From positions 2,882 through 66,881 of IMG/VR virus record IMGVR_UViG_3300042991_000236: DNA of 64,000 bases. One strand, 5' to 3'. Both the position numbers and the translations under genes were made by a program. Under the pieces are notes generated by a model. It saw only the letters and a program-made list of their open reading frames with translations, was not told the DNA's origin and did not search any database. The number at the start of each line of letters is the position of its first letter. Position 1 is the stretch's first letter. Below are positions 36,703-46,389 of the stretch, piece after piece. This DNA comes from a virus.

Positions 36703-39571
36703 AATACTCCCCTATTGGTCGTTGATTACCGTCAGGGCATAGTACCATCGTATCCGCAGTAAGTATATTAGTTTGTCCATCAAGTGTTATTTTAAATTTT
36801 CTACCTGCTGTTACTGCTTGTTGCAGATCAGGCATATCGTCTTTAAAGTAACTATAAGCTCTGATGGAATGGCCGTCGAAACCATCAAGGTAAACTGCCA
36901 TCTTGTTGGTGTCTCTGGTAGTCAGAGCTGCAACCATATCTTCGAGAGAATTGAAGTCAGCTCCTCCAAAGAGCCATCCTGTAATACAACCGAAGCAACT
37001 TTTGATAAATTTGCCCCAGATCGAGGTCGCAGGTAAATTTTGCAAGTTTGGATTTGAACTATTATGAGAATAAAAGCCACATGATAAATAGCTTTCATCA
37101 TCAGCTACTGTCAGGTCATATACAGGAGTGCTTCCGCAATAGTTGATTTCCTTGATTTCAATTCCAGGCTGTCCTGCGCCTGCAAATAATGAAGTGTTTT
37201 GTGTCCTGAATTGGTAGTCAATGCAAGATTGTCTAATGCATTGTTCAACGGATTGTTGTCGATATGATGCACGATCATGTTGTCCGGTAACTGAAGTAGT
37301 CCCAGATGTTCCATCATTACTGCTTGATGAACAAAAACTCTTTTGTCGTTGAAGAGTATAGTCAGATAGCCTTTGCAGTCTGAACACTCTCCTTTCCAAT
37401 TTGGGTGCTGTTCTTTGAACCTTCCCTTGATAGGGTTTTTGTCTCCTGTTTTTGAGGCCGAGTATTTTACTGCTTTTATTGCAGCAAGTTCGTCTTTGGA
37501 CATATTCGTTCTCAACACATGAGAAATATTGTGCAGAGTGGTTGCTAATGCTGTAGCAATATTTTCCATAGTCATCCCATTTTTTAATGACCGGTAAAGA
37601 TGTAGAGTTGCTGTTACATTTATTGGATTGGTTACCCATGCTTTGGATATTGACATTGAGGATCTCCTTTATTGTTTTCCATTCTCCAGAAGACAATAAC
37701 ACTTTATGGTCAGTTGTGCAAGTGAAAATCTTCCCATTACACAATCTGATATTAACCATGTAATCTAAGCCCTTGTAAATGGTATTAATCACAGGTTTCC
37801 AATTACCTTTATGGGTATATACGTAGTCACCAATTTTAACTTGGTAAATGGGTATTTCTCCACGATTGGTAATAATAGGAGTCCATGGAGCTACACATGA
37901 TAACCTTCCTGATACAGTGCCTCCGAGGTTGAAGTTACCATACAGTCTCCAGCTTCCATCAGGCATCTGTACTGCCTTTTCGAAAGCAGGTATGAATGAT
38001 GTAAGTATCTTATCTACCTGAGCCAAGCCTATCAAGGATTTGATGATAGCAATGTATTCCAGGTTTTGAGTGTGGTGAAGAAGCTTTTCAAGAGTGTCTC
38101 CACCAGTGGCCGGCTGACCAGTATCAGTGGTATCTATGATTGGAAACTTCAGGTAATTATACAAAAGGTTAGCTACCTGTTGACCACTGTTCGGATTAAA
38201 TCCAAGTCTCGTAATTCTAGGATCATCCATATTAAAGACTTTCTTCTTGGCCGCTGCAGTAAACTCCTCACACTTTTTAGCTTTAACCTCTAATTGACAT
38301 TCCATGATCAGTTTGGAATTATCCAGTTTAGCTTGGTATCCACTTCGTAGATCAGTCAGAGTTTTCTTTACCCGGGCTACTTCATCAGGAAAGATAGGCA
38401 TGCCTACCAATTCAGTTTGAAGTAAGGTAATCAGGGAAGGCTTGAACAGCTCTTCATAGATTTTTAGTTGATCCTGCTTGACCATGACTGAATGGTATTT
38501 GTTATAGACATGCCAGCCCGCTAAGCAGTCTTTACCGTTATACTCCAGTAGCCTATCCAAAGGGATCTTATCTGTATCGCCTATATCTTCTTCAGCATAA
38601 TTACCTAAGTAATCCGCAGATAAAACTTTAAGCTTAAGGACATTCTCTACGGCATTATTGGTAGCCAGATAGGTGATCAGCTTGGTGTCATCGAAGTCTC
38701 TGGTGAGAGCTTTGATTCCTTGGATCATACCTACATAATCCTGGAGATTCTTCATCCAGAGCTCATACGTCAGAACCTTGAAATCATATCCTCCATTATG
38801 AGGAATGAGTTTACCTTTATAGTTCTCGAAGAAGAGCATCAGCATATGTTTTACATATGAATTGAACGGCTGATTAATCACCAGATCTGTGCTTGGAAAG
38901 GATCCACGATCAACAGGGAATGAAATAAAGTTATGCTTGTCCCAAGCAAAAGCGATTGTGGCAATACCACATGTCCAGAAGTCCAGACCTCTAGCTTCGA
39001 TGTCAACTGTAAGTGCAGGCTTGGTGTGCAAGAATTCCAGTGCAGTAGCAATCTCTCCTAAAGTCATAGGATACTGAGCCGAGTGAATTACATTGGATCC
39101 TGGGGCTTCGTAGGTCCCAGAAAGGAACTGTTTGAGATAGCCTAGAGCATTGCTCATTTCCTTATCTGTATGGGGATTGTACTTAGCCGCGTTGTAATTA
39201 GGAGCGTAGAAAACATCGAATTTGTTTTCATATCCCTGGAGTCCAGACTTGACAGCGTATCCAATAAGATCAGTAGCTGTCTTCTGCTTACCGGTCAGGT
39301 ACTTAAAGTACTTTGCGTCAGTAACCAGAATAGTCTTGATGCCAAGCGTCAGGGTTGAACACAAAACTGTCTGAAGATGTTCTTTAGCCAGTGCTGCTGG
39401 GCATTTGTCATTGTCGTCATACCAGAGGCTGTAGGCGATAAAGCCAGCAGGATTAGCTCCAAGAGGATCGATATAAGCAGTCTTAATTTTCTCACTATTG
39501 AAACTGGTTTCTTTGACGAGTATTGCGACTGAAGCAGAAGTTGGATCAGCCCCATAGATTGCGTGTTGCAT
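36680..39571 (-). CDS. DNA polymerase A, N-terminal part (3'-5' exonuclease and motif A), intein-containing
   Basis: DIEA, HNGGYD, YNGKD exonuclease motifs; GTVSGRLS|SSNPNLQN; GADFNSLE. Confidence 0.92.
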   Translation of the reverse strand: MQHAIYGADPTSASVAILVKETSFNSEKIKTAYIDPLGANPAGFIAYSLWYDDNDKCPAALAKEHLQTVLCSTLTLGIKTILVTDAKYFKYLTGKQKTATDLIGYAVKSGLQGYENKFDVFYAPNYNAAKYNPHTDKEMSNALGYLKQFLSGTYEAPGSNVIHSAQYPMTLGEIATALEFLHTKPALTVDIEARGLDFWTCGIATIAFAWDKHNFISFPVDRGSFPSTDLVINQPFNSYVKHMLMLFFENYKGKLIPHNGGYDFKVLTYELWMKNLQDYVGMIQGIKALTRDFDDTKLITYLATNNAVENVLKLKVLSADYLGNYAEEDIGDTDKIPLDRLLEYNGKDCLAGWHVYNKYHSVMVKQDQLKIYEELFKPSLITLLQTELVGMPIFPDEVARVKKTLTDLRSGYQAKLDNSKLIMECQLEVKAKKCEEFTAAAKKKVFNMDDPRITRLGFNPNSGQQVANLLYNYLKFPIIDTTDTGQPATGGDTLEKLLHHTQNLEYIAIIKSLIGLAQVDKILTSFIPAFEKAVQMPDGSWRLYGNFNLGGTVSGRLSCVAPWTPIITNRGEIPIYQVKIGDYVYTHKGNWKPVINTIYKGLDYMVNIRLCNGKIFTCTTDHKVLLSSGEWKTIKEILNVNIQSMGNQSNKCNSNSTSLPVIKKWDDYGKYCYSISNHSAQYFSCVENEYVQRRTCCNKSSKILGLKNRRQKPYQGKVQRTAPKLERRVFRLQRLSDYTLQRQKSFCSSSSNDGTSGTTSVTGQHDRASYRQQSVEQCIRQSCIDYQFRTQNTSLFAGAGQPGIEIKEINYCGSTPVYDLTVADDESYLSCGFYSHNSSNPNLQNLPATSIWGKFIKSCFGCITGWLFGGADFNSLEDMVAALTTRDTNKMAVYLDGFDGHSIRAYSYFKDDMPDLQQAVTAGRKFKITLDGQTNILTADTMVLCPDGNQRPIGEYYDKHRVA
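37061..37897 (-). mobile_element. Intein (279 aa) in DNA polymerase
   Basis: Starts C(VAPWTPI); block B CTTDHKV; block F VYDLTV; ends SHN followed by Ser; removal restores GRLSSSNPNLQN. Confidence 0.93.
37111..37656 (-). CDS. HNH endonuclease in an alternative frame inside the intein
   Basis: HPNWKG..GY..VFVHQ.VM..IVHHIDNNPLNN.LDNL..H..H; AAGGAG RBS 7 nt before ATG. Confidence 0.85.
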   Translation of the reverse strand: MSISKAWVTNPINVTATLHLYRSLKNGMTMENIATALATTLHNISHVLRTNMSKDELAAIKAVKYSASKTGDKNPIKGRFKEQHPNWKGECSDCKGYLTILFNDKRVFVHQAVMMEHLGLLQLPDNMIVHHIDNNPLNNALDNLALTTNSGHKTLHYLQAQDSLELKSRKSTIAEALLYMT

Positions 39572-39583
39572 AGAGGCTCCTGA

Positions 39584-39799
39584 TTAATAAGGTTTGTATC
39601 GATCTTTCTGATCTTGGTTTAAATCTAATGCTTCTTGAAGAATTTCTTCTGTAGGATTGAATGAATCAATATTATCAGCAGCCCAAAGAATATATCCAGG
39701 ATCTTCCTCAAGGACTTCTGTAACGGATTCATATTTATGTTTACCAAAAGGGAACACATAATTGTAGTTCTGTTTGAGCATATCTCCGATGGTTGGCAT
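39584..39799 (-). CDS. Small FGKH-motif protein (exonuclease X C-terminal-like)
   Basis: FPFGKHK..V..DPGYILW. Confidence 0.6.
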   Translation of the reverse strand: MPTIGDMLKQNYNYVFPFGKHKYESVTEVLEEDPGYILWAADNIDSFNPTEEILQEALDLNQDQKDRYKPY

Positions 39800-39809
39800 A
39801 AAGACTCCG

Positions 39810-40126
39810 ATGTTAACAGATTACAAGCTATAAAGAGGTTGGGTTGTGCCTACTCCTAATTATCCCTTACGCTCCCAGCACGGGTACTTGTAGCTCTGTA
39901 GTTTCTATTGGCGCCAGGCTTTTCACCCGGCTTGAAGGTTTCAAATTATTGAATGGGCGTCTGCCTTTAAAATCCCATATGTATCTGGACTCTCCCAGAG
40001 GTCACGCCGTTATTCCTGCTACTGGCTCCAGGCGTTCTCATGCCGCGTTTACTCCTACAGGTTTGGGCCAAGATCCTATCCCCACTTTAGGCTTGGAACG
40101 GCTCCTTTACGGATGGGGACCGTAAA
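39810..40126 (-). ncRNA. Candidate structured RNA cluster upstream of the DNA polymerase operon
   Basis: About 320 nt intergenic with several hairpins (TTTACGG/CCGTAAA; ACAGA..TACAAG/CTTGTA..TCTGT). Confidence 0.4.
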
Positions 40127-40127
40127 A

Positions 40128-40550
40128 CTATTTGCCGAGATCCTCGATCTGCGACCGGCAGGATTCCAATACTTCGTAAGCCTTTTTGGGGCTGACGAGT
40201 TCAACAAGACCAATGGCAGTTCGAACCTTATATTCGAATGCGGTCTGTTTTTCTTCTAGAAGCTTACTGTGTTCTGTACAGGCATCGCACATGAGACTGT
40301 CAACAGTCTCCCCAAATGCATTTTTAAAATCCTGTATGGCTTCATCGCGCATCTTTTCCAAAGCGTTTAGCTCTGCATCCAGATTATCCAGATAAGCTAC
40401 GGCTTCGAGGAGTTCAGTATTACCTGACTCTTTGATTGTGGTTTCCAGCTCAGGAGCCGGGAATACCTGATTGAGTTTTCTCCAGTGTCGTTTAATAAAT
40501 ACACCGACATGCTGGGCGACGAATGACCTTGCCTCCGGAGTACATTCCAT
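40128..40550 (-). CDS. Hypothetical coiled-coil protein
   Basis: ORF in operon. Confidence 0.55.
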   Translation of the reverse strand: MECTPEARSFVAQHVGVFIKRHWRKLNQVFPAPELETTIKESGNTELLEAVAYLDNLDAELNALEKMRDEAIQDFKNAFGETVDSLMCDACTEHSKLLEEKQTAFEYKVRTAIGLVELVSPKKAYEVLESCRSQIEDLGK

Positions 40551-40552
40551 GG

Positions 40553-41071
40553 CTAGGCTGCTGCTACGGACAAAGCACGGAAAGCTTTGAGTTGACGAGC
40601 AAGCTCAAGAGATCCTTTACGTGCGCGTACGCCGGCTGACTTATTACCAGCCAACTGTTTTGCTGCGTCCACCTTGAAATTGTCAATCAACTTCTCGATG
40701 ATATCCAACTGCTCTTTCATACATCCTCCTGATTTAACTTCTTTTATTTTCTCCTTAATAGGAGCTTGTGGAGCTTGTGGCTCAACAACTGGTTTACCTT
40801 CTTGAAGGCGCTCAAGTAACTCTTTGAGCTGTTCTTGCATACGTAGTTCAAATTCTCTTGAGGCTATGATCCAGTCCTCTGGTAGATAGCCTCGATAAGT
40901 ATTATCGATATGTTCGAACTGACTTTGGATCTTTTTGAGTAAGTTATGACGCCGACTATTTGGTACAGCCAAAGCGATCATAATGTTGCAACAGATCTCC
41001 AGATGAGCCAATAAGCTCATTTGGTAGGCATCCTGCTTGGTCATGGGGAAGGAGAGGTCTCGGTGGTTCAT
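40553..41071 (-). CDS. Hypothetical protein with C-terminal Hc1 (histone H1-like) domain; nested in-frame start at 40720
   Basis: GNKSAGVRARKGSLEL..LK.FR; AGGAGG RBS before internal ATG. Confidence 0.65.
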   Translation of the reverse strand: MNHRDLSFPMTKQDAYQMSLLAHLEICCNIMIALAVPNSRRHNLLKKIQSQFEHIDNTYRGYLPEDWIIASREFELRMQEQLKELLERLQEGKPVVEPQAPQAPIKEKIKEVKSGGCMKEQLDIIEKLIDNFKVDAAKQLAGNKSAGVRARKGSLELARQLKAFRALSVAAA

Positions 41072-41268
41072 TGCATTACTCCATTTATTTCACGCATTCT
41101 TTGTACGAATTTACCAAGAGCTTTCATAGTTTCCATACGAGCACCCTGTTTACTTAAACCGACTACTCTTCCGATATGGGAAAAAGATTCATATGCTTCC
41201 AGTTCAGCTGCTATCTGTTCCCCAAGAGAGTAATGCTGTTTCCAGACAACTTCTCTTGTGCTGGCCAT
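41068..41268 (-). CDS. Small HTH DNA-binding protein (sigma region 4-like)
   Basis: SFSHIGRVVGLSKQGAR..KAL.K. Confidence 0.55.
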   Translation of the reverse strand: MASTREVVWKQHYSLGEQIAAELEAYESFSHIGRVVGLSKQGARMETMKALGKFVQRMREINGVMQ

Positions 41269-41438
41269 TATTTCCCCTTACGCATAACCTTTGCCAGGTC
41301 AGCTGAAGTGATTTCTGTTACGCCATATTTACCTTTGGATGTCTGTGGCTTATAGAATAGTAAACCAAGGACATAGCCGATAAGAGCACCTACTATGAAA
41401 AACACCCAAGAGTTATCTGTTGCGATATTGATTGTCAT
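41268..41438 (-). CDS. Small membrane protein (56 aa, not in ORF track)
   Basis: Manual translation ..WVFFIVGALIGYVLGLLFY..; overlapping start/stop codons. Confidence 0.5.
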   Translation of the reverse strand: MTINIATDNSWVFFIVGALIGYVLGLLFYKPQTSKGKYGVTEITSADLAKVMRKGK

Positions 41439-41572
41439 AGAGCACCTTTATTTGAATGGTAGTTACAACTGGTACAGGCAAAACAGCGGGGACAGGTACG
41501 TTGACCCGGGGTTATGGTTAAACCACATACCTCACAGTGAGTGCAAGCATTTTCTTCAGGTGTGGGATCCAT
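41435..41572 (-). CDS. Cys-rich Zn-finger microprotein (45 aa, not in ORF track)
   Basis: Manual translation CTHCEVC..CPRCFACTSC; GAGGTG RBS. Confidence 0.55.
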   Translation of the reverse strand: MDPTPEENACTHCEVCGLTITPGQRTCPRCFACTSCNYHSNKGAL

Positions 41573-41575
41573 ATG

Positions 41576-42133
41576 TCACCTCGAGAGCAGAAGTAACTTA
41601 TTCATCAGCATCTCTCGTAAGATGGCTATGGCCCCTTTGTAGTGTTGGATGATATCTTCAATGTTCTTTTTAGTTTCATCCATTGATGGGCGTTCAGATA
41701 AGGCTCCACCGTAATTGATAAAATCATATTCTATGTCAGTGAAGAACTCTTTCAGATGGTTTACCAAAATAGACGGTAAGAGTGCATCCAGGACAATACC
41801 ATTATTAGAGTAGCTAAGTACTGCACGAAAGTAGTTGGAGACATCAATAATCCCAGAGTCACCACTACGTTTCATGATATTATCGTAGTCTTCATACAGT
41901 GAGTAATGAAGTGGTGGTGCATTTGCATTATTCATGGGAGCTGCAGTCACTGGTTCTTGAGGATGAATCTCACCCAGATAAAAGAAGTGCTTAGCACTGG
42001 TTTTACGGATGATACCATTCCTGATAGCCAATTCTTTCAAGCCTTCAGTTTCCACCTGTTGGATGTAACGAAAGGACTCATTCATTAACTGCTGATGAGC
42101 CATCTCTCTGAGTGAATTTATTGTTTCGGACAT
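41576..42133 (-). CDS. Hypothetical protein (N4 gp38-like position)
   Basis: Follows helicase; AGGAG RBS. Confidence 0.55.
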   Translation of the reverse strand: MSETINSLREMAHQQLMNESFRYIQQVETEGLKELAIRNGIIRKTSAKHFFYLGEIHPQEPVTAAPMNNANAPPLHYSLYEDYDNIMKRSGDSGIIDVSNYFRAVLSYSNNGIVLDALLPSILVNHLKEFFTDIEYDFINYGGALSERPSMDETKKNIEDIIQHYKGAIAILREMLMNKLLLLSR

Positions 42134-42151
42134 TGCCCTTCTCCTATTGGA

Positions 42152-43498
42152 TCAGTAGCAATACCGATCCGGAAGATATCCGTAGCAGACCACTTGTTTG
42201 GCTGCCCGGGTTACGCCTACATAAATCAATCTGGCTACGTCAGTCGCACTCCAGTTCCTACCAATATCGGCCAGATCCAAGAATACTGTTTCGTAAGTAC
42301 TTCCCTGTGATTTATGGATAGAACTTGAGTACACGGCTCTGAGATCGAACCAGTTCTCCTTGATCTCGAAGAATTTCTTCCACAAGGTTTTATCATCCTT
42401 GGCTTTAGCAGCCAGGTCTTTCATCAGATCCTTTGCGTCCTGAAAGTTATCAGGCATGAAGCTTACATAGGTGTCGTCTATCTCGATCATACGACCGAGG
42501 ACTCCATACACAACTGTAGGTTGAGGGTTGATATGAGTGATGGTTACTTCGGAGTCTACAGACCTTGTATAGCTGCCATTTTCCTTGATGAATTCATTGG
42601 TGACTACAACCTCACCAACTTCGAATCCAAGAGGTAAATTTAAAGCCTGTCTGATATGGTTGTTGTATTCCTGAACTCTTTCATTTGTCCAGGCCAGAAC
42701 CTTGCTGGTAGAGGTATCCCAGTGAGGGTGTTTGAATGATGATTCGATCATAGTTTGAAAGGTAGGCCCCTTGACATGAATGACATCATGATTATTAAAT
42801 TGGATCGGTTGAAATTTACCAGTCTCAACTGTCCGTCTGAACTGAGTTCCTGTAGCCAGAATATGACCAGCATTACGGACAATTTCATCCAGGGATACCT
42901 TCGTACAATTTAACGCATCCATAGCAGAGAAACTCTGTCCTACCGGTGCCAACTGATATTTGTCCCCTATGTAGACAATCTTGGTTCGAGGATTATTGGT
43001 CAGGGTACTGCAGATAATCTCGTGCAACTCTTCACTGATGAAGGAAGCTTCGTCAACAAAGACCAGTGGTATAACATTGTCGAATACCGATAGAGGAGTC
43101 ACACCGCCATTGGTAAATGTCAGATTGGTTTTACCGGTCTTATAATCATTGGTGACCTTGAGACCTAGCAGTGAGTAGATCGTATTGAGCTGGATATCTG
43201 AACGCATAGCCATCAGATCTGAAAGGAAATCATCGATCACATTGACAGCCTTATTGGTAGTCGCTGTGATCTTGATATCAAACTCTTTCACTTCTTTCTG
43301 GAGCAGAAGGCAGTAGGCTTTATACTTGGCATAGAAAGTCTCGAGTAGGTACTTGATCAAGAAACTCTTGCCAGTACCTGCTGCTCCCTGTATGACCAGG
43401 AAGTTCTCATCGCTAACCAAGAAATCCAGAAAAGCATTATTGGCTTTCTGTTGATCCTGGGTGAGTATTATTTTAGAAAGATTTTGGTTCGTCATCAT
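42152..43498 (-). CDS. SF1B (Dda/RecD-like) DNA helicase
   Basis: GAAGTGKS, TATTNKA, VDEAS, GDKYQLAPV, IHKSQGST, YVGVTRA. Confidence 0.92.
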   Translation of the reverse strand: MMTNQNLSKIILTQDQQKANNAFLDFLVSDENFLVIQGAAGTGKSFLIKYLLETFYAKYKAYCLLLQKEVKEFDIKITATTNKAVNVIDDFLSDLMAMRSDIQLNTIYSLLGLKVTNDYKTGKTNLTFTNGGVTPLSVFDNVIPLVFVDEASFISEELHEIICSTLTNNPRTKIVYIGDKYQLAPVGQSFSAMDALNCTKVSLDEIVRNAGHILATGTQFRRTVETGKFQPIQFNNHDVIHVKGPTFQTMIESSFKHPHWDTSTSKVLAWTNERVQEYNNHIRQALNLPLGFEVGEVVVTNEFIKENGSYTRSVDSEVTITHINPQPTVVYGVLGRMIEIDDTYVSFMPDNFQDAKDLMKDLAAKAKDDKTLWKKFFEIKENWFDLRAVYSSSIHKSQGSTYETVFLDLADIGRNWSATDVARLIYVGVTRAAKQVVCYGYLPDRYCY

Positions 43499-43757
43499 GT
43501 ACTCCCAGTAGTTTAATCATTTTTTGTTCACGATATTCTTTTTGAGAAATGGTGCAAACATCTAATTCAGGCACCTTATCAATGAATTTAATAGGAGTTC
43601 CAGAATACTTTTTATCTATGGCTTCGGCTCTTTCCAGACAGGCGAGTAAAGCTACACCATCTTTGTAAGGTAAGATTATATTGAAGCTATAATCAAAGCT
43701 GATGGTCATATAGCTCACGACAGTATCTATTTCCGCATTGGTAATTGTTTTAGCCAT
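43473..43757 (-). CDS. Hypothetical protein
   Basis: ORF in operon with GGGGG RBS. Confidence 0.55.
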   Translation of the reverse strand: MAKTITNAEIDTVVSYMTISFDYSFNIILPYKDGVALLACLERAEAIDKKYSGTPIKFIDKVPELDVCTISQKEYREQKMIKLLGVHDDEPKSF

Positions 43758-43774
43758 GGTGTACCCCCCGTTAT

Positions 43775-44518
43775 TTAAACAGGTGTACCAAGGAGGTCAC
43801 CCATACTTTCTTTTTGATGTTGCTCTCTGGTTATAACCAAATGCTCTTCACCATTGGAGCACAGAAAATAAACAGTATCATCCTCGCTCACACGGATAGT
43901 TCCATGTTTGTCAGCTTCATGCAGAAACGTAATGGCAATAGGATATGATCCTTGAGCCAAAGTCAGATACCGTTTAAGGTTATCTCTTATCTTAGCTATG
44001 CCGGTAAGAACTTCATTGGCATATTGCTTTTTGGTTTCAAATTCAGTGATAATGGACTGGCGTTCTTTAAGAACAGACTGGTACTCTGAATCTTTTTCTT
44101 TCCAGTCGGCTAGCAATTTAGCTGTGCGCCCTACGTCATCTTTTATCAAAGCAAATGCTTCAGGAGTGTACGCAGGAATGCTTTTTATCTCTGGCCAATA
44201 GTATCCATCTCGTTCCATTGGTTTCATTACCTGAACGCTACTAGAGCTTTCTACAGCATAGATCCCTTTACAGACCATGGCATCAATAACATCCTGGGCA
44301 TCGGTGACTGTTCTAAATCCCCAGTTGCCAACCTTATACAACATTGCATCAGGTTTACTACCAGCTGCGTCAGGTTTTGATCCTGGATGATCTGGAAGCA
44401 AACTGACGCCGGCATGAGCACACTCTAGGTCGATGATTTGACGGTACTCTTCTGAATTATAGGATATGGTAATAAGCTCCTGAAAGGTAAGCTCTGATAA
44501 TCGTTTTATGGGTTTCAT
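43775..44518 (-). CDS. Hypothetical protein
   Basis: 247-aa ORF with GAGG RBS. Confidence 0.6.
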   Translation of the reverse strand: MKPIKRLSELTFQELITISYNSEEYRQIIDLECAHAGVSLLPDHPGSKPDAAGSKPDAMLYKVGNWGFRTVTDAQDVIDAMVCKGIYAVESSSSVQVMKPMERDGYYWPEIKSIPAYTPEAFALIKDDVGRTAKLLADWKEKDSEYQSVLKERQSIITEFETKKQYANEVLTGIAKIRDNLKRYLTLAQGSYPIAITFLHEADKHGTIRVSEDDTVYFLCSNGEEHLVITREQHQKESMGDLLGTPV

Positions 44519-44526
44519 GGTTTCCT

Positions 44527-45693
44527 CTATTTCTTTTTGATGTTGTAGTGAATGGTTCTTCCATGATCACATGTCCATTTTGGATCATCATGGATAATCC
44601 ATAGGATTGGGATATTCGGATTTACTGGTTTGGTTTTGGTGAACTCACCATCAGTGAATACCAGAATCAGAGTTGGCCGATGTTCTGCTACCCAATCATG
44701 AACTGGTTGGATCCTTGTTCCTCCACGGCCAACAAACTTCAATTCCTTGAACGGGTTCTGATCATCTCTCAATTCCTGTGTACTCTTCAGGACAGTATTG
44801 AAGTCGATGACAGTTATCTTCTTTGGATGCATAGACTGTTGGATCTCAGCGATCTTGGAAATGAACACGTTGAATTCATCGTCAGATACGGAGCTGGATG
44901 AGTCAACAGCAATAGCTATATGAGGCAATGCTTCTGAGTGAGCCACCGGCATATAGTGAGCCGGCAGGAATCTTTTGTTTGGACGACGAAATGAATAGTC
45001 ATCCTTGGCGAAATCGGTCAGGTAGTTCTGGAGAATCACATGCCAGGGGAGTGGCGGATTAAGAGTATTTGCCAACTCGATCTCTACTTCTCCCGGGATG
45101 CTCCCTGGTTCCTGCTTGGCCATCTTTGCTTGAGTGGCAGCGCGCAGTATGATCGTAGTTACCTCATCCTGAGTTACAGGATCTGTCCCTGATGCAGCCT
45201 GATCCGGATATGATACATCGCCACCATTCATTGGATTGGAACCGCACTTGGCTAGGATATTGGCTTTCTCCTGCTCGTTCTTTTTAACCAGGATGTCATA
45301 GACTGCTTCGGTAGTCATTCCATCATACTTGGCGTCTATCAGACCACCTTTAGGTAACGAGTATTTGGCTTTAGACAAGAACCCATTTATAACATAGTCA
45401 GCGGCAATATTCCACCATTGTGGATCTCTGGTACCGATTCGATGCATATGGTCAAAAGCTACATGAAGAACCTCATGTGCAAGAAGACCGATCCGTTCAT
45501 TGGGTGTAAGGTCATTAAAGAAGTTCGGATTTATAAGAAGGGATCTGCCATCAGTCGCAGCTGTAGGACAGTCCTCAGTGATTGCTTGTTTGAGAGAGAA
45601 AAGAATAGTCGTGTAATATACAGTCGATTTCATCATCATCATAGTAATTTTAGCTATTTTTAAAGCATCTGTTGCGTCTGTGAGTATTGACAT
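44527..45693 (-). CDS. vWA-domain metallopeptidase-like protein (DUF2201; N4 gp25-like)
   Basis: PTAATDG, HEVLH, WNIAAD..IN, MIDAS DSSSS, GRGGT, FTDG. Confidence 0.88.
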   Translation of the reverse strand: MSILTDATDALKIAKITMMMMKSTVYYTTILFSLKQAITEDCPTAATDGRSLLINPNFFNDLTPNERIGLLAHEVLHVAFDHMHRIGTRDPQWWNIAADYVINGFLSKAKYSLPKGGLIDAKYDGMTTEAVYDILVKKNEQEKANILAKCGSNPMNGGDVSYPDQAASGTDPVTQDEVTTIILRAATQAKMAKQEPGSIPGEVEIELANTLNPPLPWHVILQNYLTDFAKDDYSFRRPNKRFLPAHYMPVAHSEALPHIAIAVDSSSSVSDDEFNVFISKIAEIQQSMHPKKITVIDFNTVLKSTQELRDDQNPFKELKFVGRGGTRIQPVHDWVAEHRPTLILVFTDGEFTKTKPVNPNIPILWIIHDDPKWTCDHGRTIHYNIKKK

Positions 45694-45732
45694 GAATTCT
45701 CCTATAAAGTATCGCTTTGAATAAATCAAATC

Positions 45733-45749
45733 AGTGGCCGGAGGCCGCT
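45733..45749 (-). promoter_or_regulatory. Template-strand GGA-triloop hairpin, promoter candidate
   Basis: + strand AGTGGCC-GGA-GGCCGCT upstream of the vWA gene. Confidence 0.55.
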
Positions 45750-45825
45750 TTTAACTCTTTACGAGTTTTACCACATCGAGCACATTTTGCCTTGTCCTTT
45801 GGAATCTTATTTCCACAAGTACATT

Positions 45826-46104
45826 TCATGATTGGTTTCCTTTAGCTTTAGCAATAGCTGAATTTGCATCATCAATAGCTTTCTGCCATTTACCACCTAC
45901 TTCTCCATAAGTATTTATTGCTAAATCAGCTGTTGCTTGCATATGTAATACAGTCTGTTCCAACGCTTCAAGAAGATCCGGAGCTGCAGCGATTAAACGA
46001 GCATCATCTGGAGTATATGCTGCTGCAATGAATCTTCCTTCAGAATTTAATACTCCCCCAGACGACCAATCTTTACGTTTCCATGGTCCTGGTGAATGAC
46101 TCAT
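45826..46104 (-). CDS. Conserved phage hypothetical protein
   Basis: HSPGPW..ARLIAAAPDLLEAL..AIAKAKG. Confidence 0.7.
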   Translation of the reverse strand: MSHSPGPWKRKDWSSGGVLNSEGRFIAAAYTPDDARLIAAAPDLLEALEQTVLHMQATADLAINTYGEVGGKWQKAIDDANSAIAKAKGNQS

Positions 46105-46373
46105 TTTAGTTCTCCTTCTGGATTACTATGGTTGATAATTTCATGTGCATGAATTGACTGCATCAGATCATTTTCTTCTTGGTTCAATCTAAGTGTTTCA
46201 ATATACTCTTCATATGTCTTTTCATTGATATAGAAGAACCACTCTTCCTTGGTGTAATTGATTCCATCATGATGATGGCTGCCACATTTAAGACAGTAAA
46301 AATGAGGAACTTTAGGTTCCTCTGATTTTCGGTAATAACTGAAGTTACTCATTTCTCTGCCACAACATTCCAT
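46101..46373 (-). CDS. Hypothetical Zn-ribbon protein
   Basis: MECCG..YCLKCG. Confidence 0.5.
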   Translation of the reverse strand: MECCGREMSNFSYYRKSEEPKVPHFYCLKCGSHHHDGINYTKEEWFFYINEKTYEEYIETLRLNQEENDLMQSIHAHEIINHSNPEGELK

Positions 46374-46389
46374 ACTGGTACTTCCTTGG

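Noticed and set aside
39844-40125. 93-aa + strand ORF in an intergenic block
   Set aside because: Antisense to the operon, TTG start, no RBS; better explained as structured non-coding sequence
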